Positions 56,873-64,000 of a stretch of 64,000 nt of DNA are shown here, one piece after another. The DNA is from a candidate division TM6 bacterium UASB124 (GTDB taxonomy: Bacteria > Babelota > Babeliae > Babelales > RVW-14). How positions within the stretch are numbered: position 1 is the first letter of the stretch; each line of letters opens with the position of its first letter. The notes beneath the pieces were generated by a model, which saw only the letters and a list, made by a program, of their open reading frames with translations, was not told the DNA's origin and searched no databases. Made by a program: the position numbers and the translations under genes. The stretch covers positions 21,262 through 85,261 of the forward strand of contig CAMDFF010000001.1 in the NCBI GenBank assembly GCA_945897315.1, given 5' to 3'.

Positions 56873-58546
56873 CTATTCGTCTCTTTGTATCATGTTAACA
56901 CTAAAATCTACCCCGCCCTCTGGTGCTGGGTTTTCGTTAAAATCAACAAACTTTAGCCCTTGTGCCGCTCTAAACCGTGCAATAAGTCCGGTGAAGTCTG
57001 CGAAGTGCTCGCCAGTTTTTGATTTAAATAAGCCATCAACTTCTAGCTTTGGCTTCCCATCATCTTTGGTGGCGATAGAAATTTCTTTGATAGTTACATC
57101 AAACTGTTTTTTATTAATAATAATCGTTAGCTGTAGCCATATCTCTAGGGCATTCATACGCGCTTGAGTGAAAGGGGCCCACAGATTATTTTTTTCTCTG
57201 ACAAAGCGTTCAGCCTCACGAATAACTTTTGTGAGCACCGGATTTTTGGGGAATTTATCTTTTGGGAAAATATTTTCACCCTTAAACTTATTTATTTCTC
57301 GTTGTTCTATCAGCGTGACTTCGTTCTGTAGATCACGTAAATCAAGATATCCTTTGAGGCCGATAATGATAAAGAGTAAGAGCGTAATGCCGCCAGCAAC
57401 AAGAAGTTGTTTTCTGGCCAGACTTTTTTGATGAAAAACAAATGTCTTGCGACGTAGATCAAAATCATAGTGTAAGGGATGGACAATTGCTGTTCCTAAG
57501 GCATAGGTAAATGCAGTCCAATTGTGTGGATCTTGTGCTATTTTTGTCTGTATTGTTTTAAGGGCAGTCATTTTTTGTGGTTCGAAAATAGCACAAGGGA
57601 TTTGCATGGTGGCGCTGCAAAACTCTACAAACCCTTTTACCTTCTGCAATGATCCAGTGAGCAAAATGCGACTAATTTCTTCGCTAAGCGCGAGTTTCAT
57701 GCTAAACGAGTTTAGCGTAAACTGGATGTCATTGACCAGAAGAGCGAAATGCTCCAGAGCACTTCTATTGAGCGCCTCACTGCCAAGAGAGTTTATGCCA
57801 AGTTGTGACAATTTTAGCTCAAGATCTTCCATCGATGTTTGTGTCTCGTCAGAAATTTGTTTTAAGACGCTTATCAAGCCCCGTGGCAAATGGCGCGTTA
57901 GTCTGAGTTCGCCGTTGCTAATTAAGGCTATGCGTACGGTATTGAGCCCAAGATCAACTAAGGCAACGGTTTGAGGTTGTCGGTTGCTTTCGCTAATAAA
58001 AGCAAACAGGCCATACTCTGCAAATAAATCGATAGTGATGCTCGTTGGATTGATATGTGCGGCGCTAAATATATCAAGATAGTCCGCTAAATCTTGATTT
58101 CGAATAGCAGCTACGAGTACTTGGGATGTTTGTGTTGCCGGGTCGCTTTTGGTGACTATAAAATCAATGATGGCATCTTTTGGCGAGAACGGCAGCATTG
58201 ATTCAACTTCATATTCAAGAACCATGCGTATTTTTTCATGATCAATAAAATGAAGAGAAATTTCTTTGAATACCACTAAGGATGATGGTACGGCCACTCG
58301 AATTTCATCGGCATTTTTTAATACGGCGGATGTCTGAGTTAGGGCCTCAATGGTGCGTTCTTTCTGTGTCTCTTGGGGTCCTGGCGTCAATGGAAATTCG
58401 ACAAGAGATTCAAGTATTGTTTTTCGACTTTTTGCGTATACAACGGCAATACGCACAGCATCGTCATGAACAGTAATGCCAATAATACGTTCTGAGAGGA
58501 GTCGACGAGTGCCGATGCGATCAGGTAAAAAGAGTGCTTTCAGCAT
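56873..58546 (-). CDS. PilM-PilN fusion / GspL-like assembly-platform protein
   Basis: 557 aa. An approximately 380-aa cytoplasmic region has a PilM-like beginning (IIGITVHDDAVRIAVVY...VALVDLGLNTVRIALI), followed by one TM helix (LLVAGGITLLLFIIIGL) and an approximately 150-aa periplasmic domain. Confidence 0.55.
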   Translation of the reverse strand: MLKALFLPDRIGTRRLLSERIIGITVHDDAVRIAVVYAKSRKTILESLVEFPLTPGPQETQKERTIEALTQTSAVLKNADEIRVAVPSSLVVFKEISLHFIDHEKIRMVLEYEVESMLPFSPKDAIIDFIVTKSDPATQTSQVLVAAIRNQDLADYLDIFSAAHINPTSITIDLFAEYGLFAFISESNRQPQTVALVDLGLNTVRIALISNGELRLTRHLPRGLISVLKQISDETQTSMEDLELKLSQLGINSLGSEALNRSALEHFALLVNDIQFTLNSFSMKLALSEEISRILLTGSLQKVKGFVEFCSATMQIPCAIFEPQKMTALKTIQTKIAQDPHNWTAFTYALGTAIVHPLHYDFDLRRKTFVFHQKSLARKQLLVAGGITLLLFIIIGLKGYLDLRDLQNEVTLIEQREINKFKGENIFPKDKFPKNPVLTKVIREAERFVREKNNLWAPFTQARMNALEIWLQLTIIINKKQFDVTIKEISIATKDDGKPKLEVDGLFKSKTGEHFADFTGLIARFRAAQGLKFVDFNENPAPEGGVDFSVNMIQRDE

Positions 58547-58548
58547 GG

Positions 58549-61299
58549 CTAACTCCCACCTAGCATGGCAGATGTGCTGGTGTTGTTTTGTACTGTTGCA
58601 GGACTAGCAGCCAAAAATTCTTTAAGACTATTACGCTTGTTTGGATCAACAATAAGGTCAAAAGATGTTTCCTGCGCAGGGATTATCTTTGCTGGATCGC
58701 CAGGGACTGAAGAAGGCGGGGCTTCTTGGGCAGGAGTCGCCAAAATCCGTCGTAGCTCTAGCCGTTGGGCATCTAAAGAGGGATCGTTATTATTGGTAAC
58801 TATTGGTGCATGAAGCGGCGGTATTATGATTGCATCTGTTGTTGGATCCAAGGGGGTTGGTGTGGGGGCTACTGGAATGAGAGGGGCTTGTTGCCCATAA
58901 GCATATTCTATCTGTGATGCTTCAGGAGCTGCTGTGATGTGCGGTGGCAATACTGCTTCAAGTACAGATTGTTTTTTTGTTTGATCATGACGCTCTGTTG
59001 TTTGGTCATCATCGACTGCACTGCGATAGAAAGAGTCATTTTTAATATCTACCGTGGTTGGCTGGTAGCGAGCATTAGCAAAATCAATAACCTTGTGAGA
59101 GTAGTTTTCTTTTTCTGCATTGAAGTACCAGTTATGCACAGGATCAATGGTGCGCTTAGTTTCGACTGCGTCTTCAACGCTCGCTGTTGCCTCGTGAAGT
59201 TTCATCTTGGTGTACAGATTCATACCAGGCGTTTCGCGAGGTTTGACGATAGTAGGAGCAAGAAATACAAAAATATACTGTTTAAGAATGGTACGATTTT
59301 GATTTTTAAAGAACCAGCCAATAAGAGGAATTTTCCCTAAAAGAGGCGTTTCATCTTTACTTTCAGCAACGCTTGTCTTAATAAAACCACCCAGAGCTAA
59401 TACTTGGCCATCAGCAACCGTTACTTTTGATGCTAAAGTTTGATTGCTTATATTGTCACCAGATAAGTCGAGAAAATCTTCAATGACAATGTTAATTTTC
59501 ATGCGAATAATGCCATCTAGGTTTATTTGAGGGGTAATTTCTACAGATGTTGTAGCCTTAACATCCTTGAAACTCTGTGGTGCAGAGGGGTCTCCGCTGC
59601 CAGTGTTTTCATATGATACTCGCTTGCTTTCGCCAACAGTAATGGTGCCCTTTGTTTTATTGGCAACGGTAATAAATGGCTGAGATAAAACTGAGCTATT
59701 GTCTTGCGTTTTGAGCGCTCGGAGAGCTCCCCAAATAGTGTTTTTCCCAAAAGACAAAACAGTTGCGCCAGTAGCCGATGTGAGTTGTCCAAGCATGTTT
59801 CCTAATAAACTAACAGGGCTGTTTTCGTCACCCTCTAATGATAATTTGCCTGAAATCGAAGCAGATTGAAAATCGATGTTTTTGCCAAGTTGTCCATGTT
59901 TTTTATTACGAACAGCGCCGCCCAATTGATTAATTTCGCTAGCATTAATACTAACAATCATGCTTTCAATAGCGACTTGTGGTTGTGGTTTGTCCAAATC
60001 AATAATTGTTTTTTTCACAAGCTCCCAGTCTTGCGGATCTGGGCAGTTAGCAATGAGTCTGTTACCATCTTTGTCGATATTAAAAGTCATGCTTTTGAAA
60101 TATTTTACTCCACCGCGAATAGCCCCGTATTTTCCGGCAACTTGCCCCGTTGCAGAGTCAGGCTGAGCGGTAACGAGCTTTAAAATTTCCATCACCTGGG
60201 CAGCATCAATATGCTGTAGCTCGTAGATATGTAACGGTGATTTTGCTGCTTTAAGGTCAGTGTCGATATGATTGCTGATAAAATCAATAACCTTGTCTAC
60301 CGATTTTTTTGTCCCAAGTAAAATTAGTGAATTGCTACGTTCTTCAGCGATAACCCGTGTTGTGGCAGAAAAATATTCAGTGCTGCCCTCAGTTGTTTTG
60401 CCCAGTAAGCGCGCAAGAGGGTTAGTGTCTGGTTTTTGAATGAGAGCATCCAATAGCGTTTTTGCGTCAGCAGCATTAATGCGCTTCAGCCGCATTACCG
60501 TAACATTTTCTGGTGTACCCATGCTGTCGAGCTCGTGCAGCAGTTTGACCGCAGAGCGAATATTAAGTGCCTTATCGGTAATGACAAAAGCATTCATTTC
60601 TTTGTTTTCATAAATTGCATTTGGTTGGCTGAGCATGCTTTCTAGGAGAGGCTGCACATCGGTTGTTGGAATATTTGATAAAAAGAAAACATAGCGAATG
60701 GTGAGATCATTATCCGGTAATTTTTCGTAGGGAGTATTTATAAAAGCGGGCAACGGCTGTTGGATTTTTTTATCTTTGGGTACAACTTTGTGCACAAGGC
60801 CGGTTTTAACAATACTAAACCCAGACATTTCTAGTACGGTAATGAAGACATTCCATGCGCCGGTTACAGATAAGGGATCGCGAATGGTGAGTGATATTTT
60901 TGACCCCTCAATTGATTTATCAAGAAGGATATTAAGTTTTTTAAGCTCGGCTATATAATCAATGAAATTTGCTAAGTCAGTGTTTTCAAAATTAAGATAA
61001 ATATTTTTTTTCTCGTCGTCTTGGGAAAGGGCCGCGCTCTCTTCTCCTGTTGAAGGATTGTCTAAGGAAGGTGTGCTGCTGAGCTGAATTGATGATGTTC
61101 TAGCGCTGATCATTTGATCCATAGGGACAGGTGGAAGCGTCACGCCAGGCTGCGTAGTCATTGGTTGCGAAGGATCAAGTTGTTGCACGTTGTTTTGCAT
61201 CTGTGAAGGAGGAAGCACGCCTGCACGCAATGTTTGATCAATGCTAGAGCACATTATGCTAAAGCACCATACATGTAACAGCCAGTAAAATAGTGACAT
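58549..61299 (-). CDS. Secretin, GspD-type (secretin A, 916 aa) with a Pro-rich C-terminal extension
   Basis: N0 domain (IYLNFENTDLANFIDYIAELKKLNILL...LVHKVVPK). Secretin core (DGQVLALGGFIKTSVAESKDETPLLGKIPLIGWFFKNQNRTILKQYIFVFLAPTIV). About 190 aa of extra low-complexity P/T/A-rich C-terminus. Confidence 0.85.
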   Translation of the reverse strand: MSLFYWLLHVWCFSIMCSSIDQTLRAGVLPPSQMQNNVQQLDPSQPMTTQPGVTLPPVPMDQMISARTSSIQLSSTPSLDNPSTGEESAALSQDDEKKNIYLNFENTDLANFIDYIAELKKLNILLDKSIEGSKISLTIRDPLSVTGAWNVFITVLEMSGFSIVKTGLVHKVVPKDKKIQQPLPAFINTPYEKLPDNDLTIRYVFFLSNIPTTDVQPLLESMLSQPNAIYENKEMNAFVITDKALNIRSAVKLLHELDSMGTPENVTVMRLKRINAADAKTLLDALIQKPDTNPLARLLGKTTEGSTEYFSATTRVIAEERSNSLILLGTKKSVDKVIDFISNHIDTDLKAAKSPLHIYELQHIDAAQVMEILKLVTAQPDSATGQVAGKYGAIRGGVKYFKSMTFNIDKDGNRLIANCPDPQDWELVKKTIIDLDKPQPQVAIESMIVSINASEINQLGGAVRNKKHGQLGKNIDFQSASISGKLSLEGDENSPVSLLGNMLGQLTSATGATVLSFGKNTIWGALRALKTQDNSSVLSQPFITVANKTKGTITVGESKRVSYENTGSGDPSAPQSFKDVKATTSVEITPQINLDGIIRMKINIVIEDFLDLSGDNISNQTLASKVTVADGQVLALGGFIKTSVAESKDETPLLGKIPLIGWFFKNQNRTILKQYIFVFLAPTIVKPRETPGMNLYTKMKLHEATASVEDAVETKRTIDPVHNWYFNAEKENYSHKVIDFANARYQPTTVDIKNDSFYRSAVDDDQTTERHDQTKKQSVLEAVLPPHITAAPEASQIEYAYGQQAPLIPVAPTPTPLDPTTDAIIIPPLHAPIVTNNNDPSLDAQRLELRRILATPAQEAPPSSVPGDPAKIIPAQETSFDLIVDPNKRNSLKEFLAASPATVQNNTSTSAMLGGS

Positions 61300-61327
61300 A
61301 TTTCTTCTTCCTCAAATTCAGTCGCGT

Positions 61328-62482
61328 TTAGGCAGGGGGTCTTTGCTGGTGTAATCGGTCGTGTAATCCTTCAAGGATACGACGTCTTATCTCCATCATA
61401 GTCTGCTGATTTTTCTGTGGATTTACATGCTGATGTTGAAATTCACGTACAGTTGCTTCTCGTTGCTGGATACGATTCATTTTCATTGTTTCATCCGGAG
61501 TAGGTTTTTCAGTAGCATAACGCACCCCTGGAAACATTGATTTGCGAGGCTTGTTAATTCTAGCAAGTTTATACGATAAGAGAATATCTTTATCTGCTCG
61601 GCGGATGCTTACATCTACATTGCTGCCAAGGGGGAGCTGTATAACCGCTTCATAAGCAGCGAGCCTGGCTTCGGGCTGGCCAATAGCAATACCATTTATG
61701 GAAACAATGATGTCATTTTCACTAAGTCCAAGGGCTGTTGCAACATCATTAGGATTAATACTGCTGACGCGTAAGCCAATTGATTTTCCATCGTGAAAGG
61801 CGCTGCCAATAATGCCAGAACGCTCTATGAAGTTGCCAAGGGTACTTACTTCTTTGCTAAAGGCTTCAGGGTCTAGATCAAAAGTTTGCTCACTGGTTTT
61901 TTTAACAATGTGTTGCCACTTTTCTAAAGGCTTGTCTTCAAGAGGCATGTCGTCTTTGCGTAAATAAAAAGTTTCTTGCTGCCCATTGGCCCTGAGTAAA
62001 ACGATCCGATTATGAGCTATTTTAATGAGCTGGGCATCTTTTATTTTCTCTCCCAGATGGTACATACCTTCTTTGTTGGCTTCGTCAGCGATCATTGCAA
62101 CATTGCGATCTTCATCACTCCCTGCAATTACCCCTTTGAGCGTTATAGTGAGCGCGGCAATAAATTCTTGCTTTTCAACTTTTGGTAGAGCAGGAATGAC
62201 TACTTGCTTTTGCTCTGGAACAGGTGTTACAAGGCTTTGCTTAACCGCTTTTGTTTCTTGCGCTGTATACGTACCGAAAAGATCATCTAGGTAGATTTTT
62301 TCCCAGGTAAGATCATTTGTTGGAGTTGCATTTAGCGTAGATGTTACGGTTGTATCTTGTAGTAGGGCTAGCTTTGGTGTGCGCCATAGAGGCACTACGG
62401 GATCAAAGGCATGATATGCGCTTATAATCGCCGTAACAACTAGTAATAATGAACTATTAACCAACCACAAGTCTTGTTTCAT
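61328..62482 (-). CDS. GspC-like protein (TM helix, HR domain, PDZ domain)
   Basis: N-terminal TM helix (LVNSSLLLVVTAIISAY). HR-like domain (LKGVIAGSDEDRNVAMIADEANKEGMYHLGEKIKDAQLIKIAHNRIVLLRANGQQETF). PDZ domain (GLRVSSINPNDVATALGLSENDIIVSINGIAIG). Confidence 0.7.
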   Translation of the reverse strand: MKQDLWLVNSSLLLVVTAIISAYHAFDPVVPLWRTPKLALLQDTTVTSTLNATPTNDLTWEKIYLDDLFGTYTAQETKAVKQSLVTPVPEQKQVVIPALPKVEKQEFIAALTITLKGVIAGSDEDRNVAMIADEANKEGMYHLGEKIKDAQLIKIAHNRIVLLRANGQQETFYLRKDDMPLEDKPLEKWQHIVKKTSEQTFDLDPEAFSKEVSTLGNFIERSGIIGSAFHDGKSIGLRVSSINPNDVATALGLSENDIIVSINGIAIGQPEARLAAYEAVIQLPLGSNVDVSIRRADKDILLSYKLARINKPRKSMFPGVRYATEKPTPDETMKMNRIQQREATVREFQHQHVNPQKNQQTMMEIRRRILEGLHDRLHQQRPPA

Positions 62483-62566
62483 AAACCCGTACCCTTTTGC
62501 TAAAGAACGAAGATACTTTTAGATCTTCTAGTCTGTCAAGCCAGAAGAAGATCTAACTGCTTTTGC

Positions 62567-63544
62567 CTATGGTGCTGGAATTGTACGCAATAATATTTGA
62601 ATTATCGCATCAGTGTTTAAGCCATCAGCTTCTGCCTCATAAGAAACAGTAATGCGGTGTCGCAAAACATCGGGTGCAATTGCTTTAATATCGTCTGGAA
62701 TAACGAAATGGCGCTTTTTTAAAAAAGCATATGCTTTTGCTGCATAGGTGAGTGCAAGCGTGGCGCGCGGGGATGCACCAAAAGCAATGGCATTTTGTAG
62801 GCTATCTAATTTATAATCACGGGGGTTTCTTGTTGCAAAAACCAAGCTTAAAATATAATCGAGAACTTTGTCATCCATGTAGACATCTTTTATTAGCGCC
62901 TGTGCTTCTATTATCTCGCTTGCCTGCAAAACAGTAGAAACAGTCTGGTGACTAAATGATTTTGTGACGACTTCTTTCTCTTCTGCAAGTTTTGGATATG
63001 TCAGCAATACTTTGAACATGAAGCGATCAAGCTGAGCTTCTGGAAGGCGATAGGTCCCTTCTTGATCGATAGGATTTTGTGTTGCTAAAACCAAGAACGG
63101 CTCGTCAAGATGGTGCGTAAAATCACCAATGGTCACTTGGTGCTCTTGCATTGCTTCCAGCAGGGCAGATTGCACTTTTGCTGGCGCACGGTTAATTTCA
63201 TCGGCAAGAATTATCTGAGCAAAGATAGGCCCTTTTTTAACCTGAAACTCTTGTGTTTTTTGGTTGTAAATAAGAGTTCCTACAACATCAGCAGGAAGAA
63301 GATCAGGAGTAAATTGTATGCGCTGAAAAGAAAGACTAATGGCCTGCGCAATGGTTTTAATCAGTGTTGTTTTTGCAAGTCCTGGGACGCCTTCCAGGAG
63401 AATGTGCCCTGAGGTAAGGAGTCCAATGAAAATGCGATCGATCACATGATCCTGGCCAACGATAACCTTACGGATTTCATTTTTTAACTCAGACCAACGT
63501 GCGCTTTTTTCTTTAATTAAATCAGCAGAAACGGTTGTTGTCAT
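62567..63544 (-). CDS. MoxR-family AAA+ ATPase
   Basis: Walker A GVPGLAKTT, Walker B and following region ILADEINRAPAKVQSALLEAMQE, and the typical MoxR C-terminus. Confidence 0.9.
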   Translation of the reverse strand: MTTTVSADLIKEKSARWSELKNEIRKVIVGQDHVIDRIFIGLLTSGHILLEGVPGLAKTTLIKTIAQAISLSFQRIQFTPDLLPADVVGTLIYNQKTQEFQVKKGPIFAQIILADEINRAPAKVQSALLEAMQEHQVTIGDFTHHLDEPFLVLATQNPIDQEGTYRLPEAQLDRFMFKVLLTYPKLAEEKEVVTKSFSHQTVSTVLQASEIIEAQALIKDVYMDDKVLDYILSLVFATRNPRDYKLDSLQNAIAFGASPRATLALTYAAKAYAFLKKRHFVIPDDIKAIAPDVLRHRITVSYEAEADGLNTDAIIQILLRTIPAP

Positions 63545-63558
63545 GGTAACCCTCTTGA

Positions 63559-64000
63559 TTAATGCAAAACAATATGCAATTTATGCATAGTATCATGTAA
63601 TGTGTCTACAGAAATATTTAAATATTCAGCAAGCTGATGAATATCATAGCGGTATTTTTTGAGTAAATGAGATACATATTCGCGTTGAAACTCTTGTGTT
63701 GCGCCATCAATCGAATCAAAGCGTGTGTATGATTGCTCTTCAAAAAATGAAGAGGGACTCTCTGGAAGCAGTCTTTTTAGGTATACAGAGTCAAGAACTG
63801 TTGGCATAGGGCTTGCCTGGGCGACAAGGTTTTCTGTGAAGTGTTTAATTTGTGCAACGTCCCCTGTCCATTGATGATTGCGCAAGAGGCGGATAGCATC
63901 TGGAGAAAGTGTTATCTGTTTGCTGTTTATTTTGTTAGCTTCTGCAATAAAACTACTAACTAGTCGTGGAACATCATAGCGTCGTTTAGTAATGGCGGCT
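63559..64000 (-). CDS. C-terminal part of a sigma-54-activator-like (NtrC/PilR-type) AAA+ regulator with a Fis-type HTH (runs off the window end)
   Basis: The reading frame stays open to position 64000 (my translation: AAITKRRYDVPRLVSSFIAEANKINSKQITLSPDAIRLLRNHQWTGDVAQIKHFTENLV...). The pattern 'ls.eA...L..y.WpGNVrEL.n' is recognisable but degenerate. C-terminal HTH: YDIHQLAEYLNISVDTLHDTMHKL. Confidence 0.55.
   Translation of the reverse strand, partial: AAITKRRYDVPRLVSSFIAEANKINSKQITLSPDAIRLLRNHQWTGDVAQIKHFTENLVAQASPMPTVLDSVYLKRLLPESPSSFFEEQSYTRFDSIDGATQEFQREYVSHLLKKYRYDIHQLAEYLNISVDTLHDTMHKLHIVLH

Noticed and set aside
62483-62566. Searched the MoxR-gspC spacer for a sigma-54 -24/-12 promoter (TGGCAC-N5-TTGC)
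   Set aside because: Only a partial TGGC is present, without a correctly spaced TTGC. The 10-bp inverted repeat there is noted under findings, but no promoter is called.

Overview
This is a 64-kb chromosomal window from a moderately AT-rich bacterium with a Gram-negative-type envelope (lpxK, a WecA/MraY-family GT4 transferase, two secretins). I support about 55 protein genes, 2 tRNAs (Val-UAC, Asn-GUU), one tmRNA and several long hairpin terminators. Housekeeping content: biotin carboxylase plus a biotinyl protein, sufS-sufU, pepA, an ABC exporter with a TetR regulator, rsmA/ksgA, an MscK-like channel, tandem brnQ copies, groES-groEL, nfo, lpxK, nusA-infB, gltX, a cysK-like gene, dapF, a class I aldolase and a LOG-family protein. 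Five points stand out. (1) The nusA / NlpC-P60 intergenic region (about 44159-44480) holds a dense, highly ordered DnaA-box cluster: two inverted arrays of four boxes at exact 11-bp spacing, plus an AT-rich tract bracketed by two further boxes. It looks like the chromosomal replication origin, yet no dnaA or dnaN is visible. (2) A tightly packed minus-strand operon encodes GspC(PDZ), secretin, a PilM/PilN-type (GspL-like) fusion, a PilO/GspM-like protein and a second secretin, preceded by MoxR and a sigma-54-activator-like gene. This is a dual-secretin, T2SS-like envelope module with no ATPase or pseudopilin genes in view. (3) Many genes carry Sec signal peptides on eukaryote-like or normally cytoplasmic domains. 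These include four tandem RanBP2-type zinc fingers, ankyrin and F-box-like proteins, two ACC-deaminase/D-Cys-desulfhydrase-fold PLP enzymes, an HD-domain lipoprotein and alpha/beta hydrolases. (4) There is an EEP-nuclease/phosphatase fused to an AAC(6')-like GNAT domain. (5) The DUF4143 AAA ATPase family is present as two intact copies and one 3' remnant, each next to a long inverted repeat. The gene content suggests a host-associated or intracellular lineage (Dependentiae/TM6-like or similar), but that is inference only. No CRISPR array, transposase, integrase or rRNA was seen.
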